Below, piece by piece: positions 19,182-30,360 of a stretch of DNA of 64,000 bases. The notes below the pieces were generated by a model that ran no database searches, was not told the DNA's origin, and saw only the letters and a list, made by a program, of their open reading frames with translations. Position numbers and translations under genes: made by a program. Source of the stretch: an uncultured Bacilli bacterium (GTDB lineage: Bacteria > Bacillota_I > Bacilli_A > RF39 > UBA660); assembly GCA_944371525.1 (NCBI GenBank), contig CALVXP010000002.1:1042-65041 (forward strand). Direction: 5' to 3'. Numbering within the stretch: position 1 is the first letter of the stretch; each line of letters opens with the position of its first letter.

Positions 19182-19941
19182 ATTTATAGATGTACATAAT
19201 CATTTATTATATGGTATAGATGATGGAAGCCAAAGTGAAAATGAAAGTTTAGAAATATTAAAAAAATTAAAAGAGTTAGGATTCACCCAAGTTATTGCAA
19301 CACCGCATTATATTGAAGGCACTTCATATAATGCTGATAATTATAAAAAAACAGAAATCATTAAAACATTACTTGATAAAAATATATTAAATATATATTT
19401 AGGTAATGAAGTATATATATTAAATGATTTAATAGAAAATATAGAAAATAATAAAATTTATTCTCTTAATGGTTCAAAATATGTATTAATAGAATTTTCT
19501 TTTACTAGTAAACCATTAGATTTAGAAAAATATATATTTAATTTAAGAAATAAAAATATAATTCCTATAATTGCTCATCCGGAAAGATATGTATATGTTC
19601 AAGATAATTATGAAATAGTCAAAGATTGGATAAAATATGGAGCGTTACTTCAAGGAAATTATGAAAGCATAAATGGTAAATATGGTAAAAATGCCAAGAA
19701 TACTTTTAAAAAAATATTGGGAAGTGGATATTATCATTTTTTAGGAACTGATGTTCATAAAGAAAATAGTTCTTTCTTTAATAATTTTCCTAGTATTGTT
19801 AAAGACATAAAAAAAGAAATAACAGAAGAGTATTTTGAAACTATTACTTATAGTAATCCTAAAAAAATAATTAATAATGAAGATATAGATGAGGTAAATA
19901 CAAACTTTAAAGCAAATAAAAAAATATGGTTTTTTAAATAA
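19174..19941 (+). CDS. CpsB/CapC PHP-family protein-tyrosine phosphatase
   Basis: N-terminal IDVHNHLLYGIDDGS, plus ATPHY, AHPERY and GTDVH metal-binding motifs. Confidence 0.9.
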   Translation: MNKFIDVHNHLLYGIDDGSQSENESLEILKKLKELGFTQVIATPHYIEGTSYNADNYKKTEIIKTLLDKNILNIYLGNEVYILNDLIENIENNKIYSLNGSKYVLIEFSFTSKPLDLEKYIFNLRNKNIIPIIAHPERYVYVQDNYEIVKDWIKYGALLQGNYESINGKYGKNAKNTFKKILGSGYYHFLGTDVHKENSSFFNNFPSIVKDIKKEITEEYFETITYSNPKKIINNEDIDEVNTNFKANKKIWFFK

Positions 19942-19968
19942 AACTATATATAAGTGTGGTGGTAAATT

Positions 19969-20772
19969 ATGAAAAAAAGGTTATTATTTTTGATTGTTAG
20001 TTTTTTACTAATACCAAATATAATATTTGCAGATATGATAACTTTTGATAAAGAAAAAGTAGAACTTTTAGAAAATGATACTCAGAGTATAAAAATAATA
20101 TATGATGGAGAGGAAGAAATAAGTGAAGGTAGTTTTACTATCTATTCTTTGTCAGATGATATATCTATTAGTTCAATTAAAGGTGATACAGGAGTAACAT
20201 TAACAATTAATAATAGCAATGTATCTTTTGAAACCACTAAACCATTAAAAAAAGGGGATACTATTTCAACTATTTCATTAACAAGTAATAATTTAAAAGA
20301 AAGTTCTAATGTTACTATTAGTAAGATTAAATTAGGAAATGAAGAAGAAGATAATAAGATCATTCCGTGTAACTTAATTAATGAAAAAAAAGAAGTACTA
20401 TTAAGTTCTATAACTTCTGATATATTAAATATAGAATTTGATAGTAATACATATGAGTATAATTTTACAGTAGGAAATGATATAGAAGTATTGGATTTAA
20501 AAGCTACTAGTGATAACTCAAATGATATAATAACTATTAGTGATCAAAATTTAAAAGTAGGTACTAATAATATTATAATAAAAGTAGAAGATACTAGTGG
20601 TAATAGTAAAGAATATAAAATTAATGTATTTAGAGAAAAAGAAAAATTAAATACAAGTACAGATAAAGTTGAAATAAAAGAAAATAAAACTAATTATTAT
20701 ATAATAATAGTAGCATCAATATTATTTATAGTTGGAGATTTAATATATTTAAAAATAAGAAAAAATAAATAG
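19969..20772 (+). CDS. Secreted, C-terminally anchored protein with a cadherin-like beta-sandwich domain
   Basis: Signal peptide MKKRLLFLIVSFLLIPNIIFA. LSSITSDILNIEFDSNTYEYNFTVGNDIEVLDLKATSDN...YKINVFRE resembles the PF12733 pattern. There is a C-terminal TM helix plus RKNK. Confidence 0.6.
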   Translation: MKKRLLFLIVSFLLIPNIIFADMITFDKEKVELLENDTQSIKIIYDGEEEISEGSFTIYSLSDDISISSIKGDTGVTLTINNSNVSFETTKPLKKGDTISTISLTSNNLKESSNVTISKIKLGNEEEDNKIIPCNLINEKKEVLLSSITSDILNIEFDSNTYEYNFTVGNDIEVLDLKATSDNSNDIITISDQNLKVGTNNIIIKVEDTSGNSKEYKINVFREKEKLNTSTDKVEIKENKTNYYIIIVASILFIVGDLIYLKIRKNK

Positions 20773-20791
20773 TAAAGTCGTAGGTATTAAT

Positions 20792-21466
20792 ATGGATGAA
20801 GCAATGATAAGAGATGAAGTAATTGTGTATGAAAAAAATAAGATTTATAGTGTTATTAAAAGAATTTTTGATATGTTATTAGCACTTATTTTATGTCCAA
20901 TTGTAATATTTATATATATAATAATAAAAGTTTCTTATATCTTTAGTGGTGATTTTCATCCAGTTATGTTTAAACAAAAAAGAACGGGTAAAAATGGTAA
21001 AGTATTTACTCTATATAAATTTAGAACTATGGTATATGGTAATGATGTGTATGATTTAACTAAGAAAGATAAATTTACCAAAGTAGGTTCTTTACTTAGA
21101 AAGACTAGTTTAGATGAATTAGGACAAATAATAAATGTTTTAAAAGGAGAAATGTCATTTATTGGTCCTAGACCATGGATAGTAGAATATTATGAAAATA
21201 TGAATAATAATCAAAGACATAGATGTGATGTTCTTCCCGGAATTACTGGTCTTGCCCAAGTTAAAGGTAGAAATAATATTAATGTTTTTGATAAAATAAA
21301 ATATGATTTAGAATATGTTAGTAATATGTCTTTTAAACAAGATATAAAAATAGTTATATTAACTATAAAAACAGTGATATCTAAAAATGGTGCTTATGCT
21401 GGTAAAAGTAGTATTCAAAATGAAATAGAGTGCTTAAAAGAACAAAATAAGAAGGCTATTAACTAG
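20792..21466 (+). CDS. Undecaprenyl-phosphate sugar phosphotransferase (small bacterial sugar transferase, priming enzyme)
   Basis: KRIFDMLLALILCPI..., FKQKRTGKNGKVFTLYKFRTM, DELGQIINVLKGEMSFIGPRP, PGITGLAQV. Confidence 0.9.
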   Translation: MDEAMIRDEVIVYEKNKIYSVIKRIFDMLLALILCPIVIFIYIIIKVSYIFSGDFHPVMFKQKRTGKNGKVFTLYKFRTMVYGNDVYDLTKKDKFTKVGSLLRKTSLDELGQIINVLKGEMSFIGPRPWIVEYYENMNNNQRHRCDVLPGITGLAQVKGRNNINVFDKIKYDLEYVSNMSFKQDIKIVILTIKTVISKNGAYAGKSSIQNEIECLKEQNKKAIN

Positions 21467-21533
21467 TGTTAATGGTCTTTATTATTATATTAATAAATGA
21501 TATAATGAAATATAGAAGTAGGTGGGGAATATA

Positions 21534-23756
21534 ATGAAAAAAGTTTTATTTACAGCAACTGTTGATTCGCATATTTTAGCTTTTCACATTCCGTATTTAA
21601 AATATTTTAAAGAAAGAGGATATGAAGTTCATGTTGCAACAAACGGAAATGCTAAAATTCCTTATTGTGATAAAAAGATAATTATTCCATTTGAACGTTC
21701 TCCATTTAAATTCAAAAATATAAAAGCTTTAAAAAACATAAAAAAAATTATAAAATTAGAAAACTATAATATAATTCATACACATACACCAGTAGCTTCT
21801 GTTATAACTAGATTAGCAGCTAAAAAAGAAAGAAAAAAAGGAACTAGAATTATATATACCGCACATGGATTTCATTTTTATAAAGGTGCATCAATTAGAA
21901 ATTGGTTATTATTTTATCCTGTCGAGAAATATTTATCTAAATATACAGATACATTAATAACAATAAATGAAGAAGATTATAATTTTGTTAAAAGAAAGTT
22001 TAAAAAATGTAATGATATTAAGTATGTCCCAGGAGTAGGAGTAGATGAACAAAAATTTAATTTTATAATTAATAATAAAGAAAAAATAAAGTTAAGAAAA
22101 GATTTAGGATTAAATGAAAATGATTTTGTAATGATATTTCCTGCTGAATTAAATCAAAATAAAAATCAAATTTTTATAATAAATGTAATGGAAAAATTAG
22201 TAAGGAAATATGAGAACATACATTTATTATTACCTGGTAAAGATTCTTATGGAGGATATTATCAAAAAATAGTTAAAGAAAAAAATCTTCAAAAAAATAT
22301 TCATTTTTTTGGATATAGGGAAGATATTCCTAAACTATTAAAAATATCTGATTTATCAATAGCAACATCTAAAAGAGAAGGATTACCTGTTAATATAATT
22401 GAGGCAATGTGTGTTAAATTGCCAATAATAGCAACTAATTGTAGGGGACATAGGGAATTAATTAAAGATGGTATAAATGGATTTTTAGTAGATATAAATG
22501 ATGAAAAAGAATTAGAAAATAAAATTGTATACTTATATAAAAATAGTGATATTAGAAAAAAAATGGGTGAAAATGGTGCTTTAGAATTTAAAAAATACAG
22601 TTTATTAAAAATATATGATGAAATGTGTAATATATATGACCCAAAGAAGAATATAGCTTTTTTAAGATGTACACCTATTTATAATGATTCTAGAGCATTA
22701 AAAGAAGTACAAACATATAGTAAATTAAATAATAATGTGTTTGTTTTGGGATGGAATAGAAATTGTGAAAGTATAGATATTAATAAATTATCATTACCTA
22801 ATAATTGTAAGATAAGTTTCTATAATAGAAAAGCTTCATATGGAAGTGGATATAAAAATATAATAAATCTTTTAAAGTTTAATATATGGACATATAAAAA
22901 ATTAAAAGAGAATAAAACAAGAATAGATTATATTCATGCTTGTGATTTTGATACAGCATATATTGCTACTAAGTTTGCTAAAAAATATAATAAAAAAGTA
23001 ATCTATGATATATATGATTATTATGTAGATAGTCATAATTTAGGACCTTTAAAAAATATAGTTGAACGATTAGATATAAAAACAATAAATAAAGCTGATT
23101 TTACTATTATTTGTACTGAACAAAGAAAAAAACAAATAAATAAATCGAATCCTAAAAATATTGTTGTTATTCATAATTCTCCTAATTATCAAAAAGATTA
23201 TGAAATAACTAATCAAAAGAAAAATAAAGGAAAAATTAGAATAGGGTATTTTGGTATATTACAAGATGATAGACTTTTAATAGAAGTAACTGAGCTAATT
23301 AAAAATAATAATAAATATGAATTACATGTTGGAGGATTTGGTAAGTATCAAGAGTATTTTGAACTTATGTCAAAAAAATATAATAATATTACTTTTTTTG
23401 GACCATTACCATATAAAAGCGTAATTGAAAAAGAAAAAGAATGTGATGTATTATTTGCTACTTATAATCCTAAAATAACTAATCATATGTTTTCTGCACC
23501 AAATAAAGTATATGAATCAATGGCTTTAGGAAAACCAATTATAGTATGTGAAAATACTGGAATAGATGAATTAGTAAATAAGGAAAAATTAGGTTATGTT
23601 ATAAAATATGATGCTAAAGAATTTATTAATAAATTAGATAAATTAGATAATATAGATATAAATAGAATCCAACAAATATTTAAAAAAAGTTATAGTTGGG
23701 ATGTAATGGAAAATAAATTTAAAGATATGCTAATTAGATTAGGAGATAGAAAATGA
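21534..23756 (+). CDS. Two-domain fusion glycosyltransferase (N-terminal GT4 plus a second GT-B domain)
   Basis: The first half has GT4 features (REGLPVNIIEAMCVKLPIIATNCRGHRELIKDGINGFLV). The second half has a second GT-B C-terminal core (PNKVYESMALGKPIIVCENTGIDELV). The start is taken at ATG 21534, after AGGTGGGG. Confidence 0.8.
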   Translation: MKKVLFTATVDSHILAFHIPYLKYFKERGYEVHVATNGNAKIPYCDKKIIIPFERSPFKFKNIKALKNIKKIIKLENYNIIHTHTPVASVITRLAAKKERKKGTRIIYTAHGFHFYKGASIRNWLLFYPVEKYLSKYTDTLITINEEDYNFVKRKFKKCNDIKYVPGVGVDEQKFNFIINNKEKIKLRKDLGLNENDFVMIFPAELNQNKNQIFIINVMEKLVRKYENIHLLLPGKDSYGGYYQKIVKEKNLQKNIHFFGYREDIPKLLKISDLSIATSKREGLPVNIIEAMCVKLPIIATNCRGHRELIKDGINGFLVDINDEKELENKIVYLYKNSDIRKKMGENGALEFKKYSLLKIYDEMCNIYDPKKNIAFLRCTPIYNDSRALKEVQTYSKLNNNVFVLGWNRNCESIDINKLSLPNNCKISFYNRKASYGSGYKNIINLLKFNIWTYKKLKENKTRIDYIHACDFDTAYIATKFAKKYNKKVIYDIYDYYVDSHNLGPLKNIVERLDIKTINKADFTIICTEQRKKQINKSNPKNIVVIHNSPNYQKDYEITNQKKNKGKIRIGYFGILQDDRLLIEVTELIKNNNKYELHVGGFGKYQEYFELMSKKYNNITFFGPLPYKSVIEKEKECDVLFATYNPKITNHMFSAPNKVYESMALGKPIIVCENTGIDELVNKEKLGYVIKYDAKEFINKLDKLDNIDINRIQQIFKKSYSWDVMENKFKDMLIRLGDRK

Positions 23757-24910
23757 AAAAAAAAATATTGTTTGTTTCGGATTCTTTAAGAACTGGAGGA
23801 ATTCAAAAATCATTAATTGATTTATTAAACAAATTTAATTATGAAAAATATGATGTATTTTTATTTCTATTTAATGATAATAATATAAATTCAGTTAATA
23901 AAAATGTTAAGATAATTAAATCAAATACTATTTTTAGAATTATTGGAATGACTTCTAAAGAAGCAAAAACAAAAGGAATTTTTATATATTTTATAAGATT
24001 AGTCTTATCTATATTGTGTAAAGTATTTTCATCTCAGGTTATATATAGCATAATATATCTTTTTATTAATTTTGAAGATAAATATGATTTAGCCATATCA
24101 TATTCAAATAATGTAAATAATCATTCATTATATTATGGTTATAATAAATTAGTTTTAGATAAAATTAAAGCAAATAGTAAAATAAGTTGGGTTCATATAG
24201 ATTATGTAAATAAACAAGAAAAAAAATGGGAACTTAAAGAATTTAATAAGTTTAATAAAATCGTTTTAGTTAGTAATAATTGCAAAATAAATTTTGATAA
24301 AGTATATCCTAGTTTAAAAGATAAAACAGTAGTAGTTTATAATTATTTAGATAAAAATAGTATTTTAAAAAAAAGTACAGAATTTATTCCTAATATAGAT
24401 AAAGAAAATAGTATATTATCTATTGGAAGATTAGAAAAAAATAAAAATTTTGAAATGCAACTTAGAATTGCTAAAAAATTAACTCAATCTAACTTAAATT
24501 TTAAATGGTATATAATAGGGGAAGGTAATAATAAAGATAAATTATTAGAACTTTCTAAATTATATGGAATAGAAGATAATGTTGTATTTTTAGGATCCAA
24601 AAATAATGTTTATCCTTATATAAAAAATTCAAAAATATTAATTTCAACTTCTTTAAGTGAAAGTTTTGGGTTAACTATTGCTGAAGCACAAATATTAAAT
24701 ACACCAGTAATTGCATTAAATTATCCATCATTAAATGAAATTATTGATGATAATGGTATAATCTGTAATTCAGAATTAGAAATATATAATAATATATTAA
24801 ATTTATTTAATAATGAAAAAGAGTATTCATTATTAAAAGAAAAAACTGTATATAAAATAAAAGATGAAACAATTGATAAGCAATTAGAATCTATATTGAA
24901 AGGAATTTGA
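23753..24910 (+). CDS. Family-4 glycosyltransferase
   Basis: EX7E-type C-terminal core: SLSESFGLTIAEAQILNTPVIALNYPSLNEII. It overlaps the upstream gene by 4 nt. Confidence 0.85.
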   Translation: MKKKILFVSDSLRTGGIQKSLIDLLNKFNYEKYDVFLFLFNDNNINSVNKNVKIIKSNTIFRIIGMTSKEAKTKGIFIYFIRLVLSILCKVFSSQVIYSIIYLFINFEDKYDLAISYSNNVNNHSLYYGYNKLVLDKIKANSKISWVHIDYVNKQEKKWELKEFNKFNKIVLVSNNCKINFDKVYPSLKDKTVVVYNYLDKNSILKKSTEFIPNIDKENSILSIGRLEKNKNFEMQLRIAKKLTQSNLNFKWYIIGEGNNKDKLLELSKLYGIEDNVVFLGSKNNVYPYIKNSKILISTSLSESFGLTIAEAQILNTPVIALNYPSLNEIIDDNGIICNSELEIYNNILNLFNNEKEYSLLKEKTVYKIKDETIDKQLESILKGI

Positions 24911-24914
24911 TATA

Positions 24915-26129
24915 ATGAAAAAGATATCTTTAAGTAAAATATTTTTAATATTATATATTATTATTTATTTATTGCATATGAAGATATATTATGCTAATTA
25001 TATTTTGTTAATTACATTTGCATTATATTTACTCTTTTCACTAAAAAAGATAATTATTAAGCCTAAGTATTTTATAATTATAGGTATATTTAGTTTTGCT
25101 TATCTACTTCCATCATTATTAAGTGGAAATTTATATATAGGATTAAAGAATATATTAAATATTATTTTATATTTATCACCACTTATAATTTATATTATAG
25201 AATCGAAAAGTATTGGTAAAGATAATTCTTATACAAAAGTTATTCCTAAAATAATATCTTTAGTTTTAATATATATTTTTATTGTAAGTTATATATTTTT
25301 AAGTAAAGATCCATATTTTGCTAGAATAATGGCAAATTATAATTATAATATTCCTGGAATTGATGGTATTGGCTTAGTAACTGGAGGAGGTTATTTCATA
25401 ATTTATGGTTTAATATTTTTATCAATATTATTTTTAAGTCGTATAAGAAATAATGCTAACTCTTCCCAAAAATTAAAAAATATAATTTTATATATTTTAA
25501 CAGGATTATTAATATTTAAGGCAAACTTTGCGACAGCATTTATTTTATTTATGTTAGCAACTGTTATATATATTTTCATAAATAGTTATAAAAAATTTAA
25601 GTTCTTTAATATATTATTAAGTATTATTGCAATAGTTTTAGCCATTAATTATCAATATGTTTTTTCTGTTATAACTGAATTTATACCTGAAGATTCAATA
25701 ATTTATATTAGACTTAATGATGCTGTTAATGACACTGAAAATTCTACTTTTTCTGAAAGATTTATGCTTATGAAAAGATCTATTGCAACAACAAAAGATA
25801 ATTTCTTTTTTGGTATTTCTCATAAATATAAATATAATTATGATTTGATGAAAAGCGAAGCAGGATTACATACAGAATGGATAGATGTATTAGCCAAATA
25901 TGGTATTATTGTATTTTTATTATATGTTTATATTATTTATAAAGTATTAAAAAATATTATTCTCAAATATAAGAATACTCAATATTATCATGTTTTCTTA
26001 ACGACAGCTATTATGTTAGTAATATTAGGATTTTTAAATCCAATTAGTAATACTGGTTGTTTAGGAATTATTTTTGTTGTTATGCCTTTACTAATGGGGG
26101 AAATAAAAAATGAAAAAGAAGTTTTATAA
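24915..26129 (+). CDS. Wzy-type polysaccharide polymerase / O-antigen ligase-like membrane protein
   Basis: 404 aa with about 10 TM helices and one larger loop ([16 protein letters not shown]...[14 protein letters not shown]). It sits inside a Wzx/Wzy locus. Confidence 0.65.
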   Translation: MKKISLSKIFLILYIIIYLLHMKIYYANYILLITFALYLLFSLKKIIIKPKYFIIIGIFSFAYLLPSLLSGNLYIGLKNILNIILYLSPLIIYIIESKSIGKDNSYTKVIPKIISLVLIYIFIVSYIFLSKDPYFARIMANYNYNIPGIDGIGLVTGGGYFIIYGLIFLSILFLSRIRNNANSSQKLKNIILYILTGLLIFKANFATAFILFMLATVIYIFINSYKKFKFFNILLSIIAIVLAINYQYVFSVITEFIPEDSIIYIRLNDAVNDTENSTFSERFMLMKRSIATTKDNFFFGISHKYKYNYDLMKSEAGLHTEWIDVLAKYGIIVFLLYVYIIYKVLKNIILKYKNTQYYHVFLTTAIMLVILGFLNPISNTGCLGIIFVVMPLLMGEIKNEKEVL

Positions 26130-26652
26130 AATAATGTATATTTTGTTTGGAAAATATTGGTTTAATTCTAATTTTCCAGTTCTTGGTGCAATATCAAAAA
26201 AATTCCGTAGTTATTGGTTTAAGAAAATTAATAAAGTAAATGGAAAAGTTAATATAGAAAGAAAAGCTAATTTTGGTACTAACATAGTAATGGGAAATAA
26301 TTCAGGAATTGGAATAAATTCTTATGTGCAAGATAATGTAATTATTGGAAGCAATGTTATGATTGGACCTGATGTGTTAATCTATACAATTAATCATAAT
26401 TATGAAAAAGAAAATGTTTTAATAATAAAACAGGGAGTTAATAAGAAAAAAGTAAAAATCGGTGATAATGTTTGGATAGGAACTAGGGTTATTATATTAC
26501 CAGGAGTAACTATAGGTAATAATGTAGTAATTGGGGCAGGTAGTGTAGTAACTAAAGATATACCCGATAATGCACTAGCAGTAGGGAATCCTTGTATAGT
26601 TAAGAAAAAAATAGGAAGTGATACAAATGAAATTACTAATTGTAACAATTGA
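26110..26652 (+). CDS. Hexapeptide-repeat (LbH) O-acetyltransferase
   Basis: Imperfect hexapeptide repeats: [58 protein letters not shown]. Confidence 0.85.
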   Translation: MKKKFYKIMYILFGKYWFNSNFPVLGAISKKFRSYWFKKINKVNGKVNIERKANFGTNIVMGNNSGIGINSYVQDNVIIGSNVMIGPDVLIYTINHNYEKENVLIIKQGVNKKKVKIGDNVWIGTRVIILPGVTIGNNVVIGAGSVVTKDIPDNALAVGNPCIVKKKIGSDTNEITNCNN

Positions 26653-27802
26653 TGATTTTCCTCATCAAGGTGGAAAGTCTTCACATATATCAAGTTTGAT
26701 TTCAGGATTTAAAAAAATGAATGTAGAATATGATGTCTTTTCTGGTAATTATATAAATGTAAATGAATTTAAAATGCTAAAATTATTGGTGTATCCAATT
26801 AAATTTTTTTCTTTAAAAAAATATTTATATTTAAGAAAAAATATTCAATTATATTTATTTAGAAAAGAATTAAAAAAATATATTAAAAATAAAGAGTATG
26901 ATACAATTAGTTTTCAAGATGCAATAACTTGTGGATATTGTGGAGATCTTTTTGATAAAAGTTTTCTTACTATGCACACTTATTTTGGTATTGAATATAC
27001 CCTAGATAATAGTGGTTTTACATTAAATGATAAATTATATAATAAATTACTTAATCAAGAATTAAAGAGTTTATTATATGCAAAAAGTATTATATGTGTT
27101 GATGATAGAATAAAAAAACATGTTGAAGAAATAGTTAAAAAAGAAAATAAAAAAATAAAAGTATTTGAAATTAGTAATTTTACGGATACGGAAATATTTA
27201 AACCTAGTTTGAAACAAAATGAATTTTATAATATAGGGTGTATTAGAAGATTAGTTGAAAAAAATGGTGTTATATATGCAGTTAAAGCTATGAAATATTT
27301 AAAAAATTGTAATTGTATATTAAATATATATGGTGATGGTCCTTGTATGGAAGAGATAAATGCTTATATTGAAAAGAATAAACTAAATGATATAGTAAAA
27401 TTACATGGTGGTGTAGATAATTCTAAAATATCAGAAATATATAAAGAATGTGATGTTGTATTAGTTCCTTCAATTACTGTTAATGGATTACAAGAGGCAA
27501 CATCTATATCAGCAATAGAATCAATGGCATGTGGAATTCCTACTATTGCAAGTAATATAGGTGGATTAAAAATGCTTATAAAAGATGGAATAACTGGATT
27601 TTTAGTAGATGAAAAAGAACCAGAACAAATAGCAGAAAAGATTAAATTATTGATGAAAAATAGCGATACATATAAAAAAATTTCTGAAAACTGTAGAAAC
27701 TTTATTGTAGAAAATCATTCACATCTTTCAGCAGCCAAGGACTATTATAATATATTTAAAGGTGATATAAATGAAAAAAGTAGCAATAATGACTTATCAT
27801 GA
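26627..27802 (+). CDS. Family-4 glycosyltransferase
   Basis: C-terminal core [42 protein letters not shown] 26627 is preferred over the track's GTG 26618 because an AGGAAG SD lies upstream. Confidence 0.85.
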   Translation: MKLLIVTIDDFPHQGGKSSHISSLISGFKKMNVEYDVFSGNYINVNEFKMLKLLVYPIKFFSLKKYLYLRKNIQLYLFRKELKKYIKNKEYDTISFQDAITCGYCGDLFDKSFLTMHTYFGIEYTLDNSGFTLNDKLYNKLLNQELKSLLYAKSIICVDDRIKKHVEEIVKKENKKIKVFEISNFTDTEIFKPSLKQNEFYNIGCIRRLVEKNGVIYAVKAMKYLKNCNCILNIYGDGPCMEEINAYIEKNKLNDIVKLHGGVDNSKISEIYKECDVVLVPSITVNGLQEATSISAIESMACGIPTIASNIGGLKMLIKDGITGFLVDEKEPEQIAEKIKLLMKNSDTYKKISENCRNFIVENHSHLSAAKDYYNIFKGDINEKSSNNDLS

Positions 27803-28850
27803 TATGGTTAATTATGGTAGTTTGTTTCAAATGTATTGTTTACAACAAATAGTAAAAGATTTAGGTTTTAAAGTTGATATTATTAATTATAGAAAAGATA
27901 TTAACTATTTAAAAAAAATTGTAAATAATAATAAATTTTTAAAAAATATTTGGTTACACATAAACAATGATGAGTTATGGTTAAAGTTTAATAAATTTTA
28001 TAAAAATAATATAAATAAAACTAAGATAGTATCATCTAATGATGATTTAAAAAAATTAAATAAAAAATATGATTATTTTATTGCGGGAAGTGATCAAATA
28101 TGGTCTCCTAATCACTTTGATATTCATTATTTTTTAGACTTTATAGAAGACCAAAATAAATTAATATCATATGCCCCTAGTGTTGTTATAGATGACTTTA
28201 ACTATAATCAAATTAAAGAAGTAAAGGAAATACTTTCTAACTATAAAGCTATTTCTGTAAGAGAAAAAACAGGACAAAATATTTTAAAAAAGAATTTTAA
28301 TGTAGATTCATTAGTAGTACTTGATCCAACATTATTAGTAGATATTAACTATTTAAAAAATATTTCTAAAAATGTTAGAAATAACAAAAAAAATAATATA
28401 ATATGTTATTTTTTAGGTAATAACAATTATGAAGAAAAGATAAATAAAATTTTTGATAAAGAAGAAATTATTAATATATCATTAAATAAAAAGCAAGATT
28501 TTGAAACTATTGAAAATATAAATAATGCAGGACCTGAAGAATTTATTAATTATTTAAGTAATTGTAAATTTATTTGTACTGATTCTTATCATGGTGTTGC
28601 ATTAGCAATAAAATTACATAAACAGTTTATATTATTTGATCGTTTTGATTTAAAAGATCCAATTTGTCAAAATGCAAGAATTTATGATTTGTTAAATTTA
28701 TTAAAAATAGATAGTGTTAATTATAGTAATTATATATCACATAGTTACAAAAAAATTAATTATGATTTAGTTCAAAAAGAATTAAATAAATTAATTTTAA
28801 ACTCTAAAGAATTTTTAAAAAATGCTTTGGAGGTAAAAAGTAATGAATAG
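27771..28850 (+). CDS. Polysaccharide pyruvyl transferase family protein
   Basis: N-terminal [33 protein letters not shown], and the C-terminal CTDSYHGVALAI motif typical of the PS_pyruv_trans family. Confidence 0.8.
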   Translation: MKKVAIMTYHDMVNYGSLFQMYCLQQIVKDLGFKVDIINYRKDINYLKKIVNNNKFLKNIWLHINNDELWLKFNKFYKNNINKTKIVSSNDDLKKLNKKYDYFIAGSDQIWSPNHFDIHYFLDFIEDQNKLISYAPSVVIDDFNYNQIKEVKEILSNYKAISVREKTGQNILKKNFNVDSLVVLDPTLLVDINYLKNISKNVRNNKKNNIICYFLGNNNYEEKINKIFDKEEIINISLNKKQDFETIENINNAGPEEFINYLSNCKFICTDSYHGVALAIKLHKQFILFDRFDLKDPICQNARIYDLLNLLKIDSVNYSNYISHSYKKINYDLVQKELNKLILNSKEFLKNALEVKSNE

Positions 28851-30360
28851 AAATGAATTAAAATATGGAACAATGTTATCGTATATATATATAGTTATTT
28901 ATATGTTATCACAATTAATTTATACACCTATCTTATTAAATAGTTTAGGTAAAGACTTATATGGTGTTTATTCTTTATGTATTTCTATTGCAAGTTATTT
29001 TACTATTTTAGATTTTGGTTTAGGAAATGCTGTTGTTAGATATGCAAGTATTTATAAAGACAAAAATGATGGTGAAAAAAATAATATAAATGGATTGTTT
29101 TTTGTTATTTATTTAATTTTAGGGTTAATTGCATTAGTTATTGGTTTAATCGTAGCATTTAACATTGATAAGTTTTTCTCTGCAAATTTTACAAATAGTG
29201 ATGTAAAAATTGCTCAAATAATTATTTTAATTTTAACTATTAATGTAAGTATTTCTTTACCATTAAGTGTGTTTTCATCAATAGTAACTGCTTATCAAAA
29301 ATTTATATTTTTGAAATTACTTAATATTTTTAAAACATTTGCTTCTACAATAATAATGATATTATTTTTAGTTTTAGGATATAAAGCAATTACAATTTCA
29401 TTAATAACTTTAATAACTAATTTAATTTATTTAATAATTATAACTATATATGCAGTAAAGAAATTGAATGTTAGATTAAACTTTAAAATAAAAAATAGGA
29501 AAGTTATTAAAGAAATATTTTCATTTTCCTTTTTCGTATTTATTTTGTTAATAATAGATAAAGTTAATTTAAATGTCGATATGATTATTTTAGGAAAAAT
29601 ATCTAATCCAAGTGAATTAACAATTTATTCAATTGCATCTAAAATATTTCAAATTTATGTTACTTTATGTGGTGTTATAAGTAGTATGCTTTTACCTAGA
29701 TATATGTCATTAGTTAAAGAGAAAAAAATAAAAGAACTTAATAATGATTTTATTGAAAAAAGTAAGTGGCAATTAATTATATCAGTGTTTATTTGTACAT
29801 CATTTTTATTAATTGGTAATGAATTTATTAATATATGGTTAGGAGGAACTCATTTTGAAAGTTATATCATTACATGTATACTTATGATTTGTACTGTAAT
29901 TCCTCTTTCATTAAATGTTGCAAATGTTATATTGCAAGCTAAAAATGAACAAAAATTTAGAACAATAGTATTATCAATTATTTTAATATTAAATATATTA
30001 GTAAGTATTCCTTTTTGTAATAAATATGGTGCAATAGGGTGTGCCGTTGGTACTGCTATAACATATATATTAGGTCACGTTATAATTATGGGAATATACT
30101 TTAAAAAAGTCCAAAAATTGGATATGTATACTTATTTAAAAAATATTATTAATATATTTTTCGTTCATATTCCTTTTGTAATTATTATTTTAATAATGAA
30201 AAGTGTATTAAAAACAAGTTTAATAACAAATATTGTTTTACTAATATTATATTTGATTATTACTTGTATATTAGAGTATAAATTTATTTTAAATGTTAAA
30301 GAAAGAAAAATGATTGTTAGTATGATAAAAAGAATAAAAGGAGGTACTGCTTATGTGTAA
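28843..30360 (+). CDS. Wzx-type oligosaccharide flippase (MOP superfamily polysaccharide biosynthesis protein)
   Basis: 505 aa with about 14 TM helices. The N-terminus has the LGKDLYGVYSL...GLGNAVVRY pattern of the Polysacc_synt family. Confidence 0.8.
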   Translation: MNRNELKYGTMLSYIYIVIYMLSQLIYTPILLNSLGKDLYGVYSLCISIASYFTILDFGLGNAVVRYASIYKDKNDGEKNNINGLFFVIYLILGLIALVIGLIVAFNIDKFFSANFTNSDVKIAQIIILILTINVSISLPLSVFSSIVTAYQKFIFLKLLNIFKTFASTIIMILFLVLGYKAITISLITLITNLIYLIIITIYAVKKLNVRLNFKIKNRKVIKEIFSFSFFVFILLIIDKVNLNVDMIILGKISNPSELTIYSIASKIFQIYVTLCGVISSMLLPRYMSLVKEKKIKELNNDFIEKSKWQLIISVFICTSFLLIGNEFINIWLGGTHFESYIITCILMICTVIPLSLNVANVILQAKNEQKFRTIVLSIILILNILVSIPFCNKYGAIGCAVGTAITYILGHVIIMGIYFKKVQKLDMYTYLKNIINIFFVHIPFVIIILIMKSVLKTSLITNIVLLILYLIITCILEYKFILNVKERKMIVSMIKRIKGGTAYV

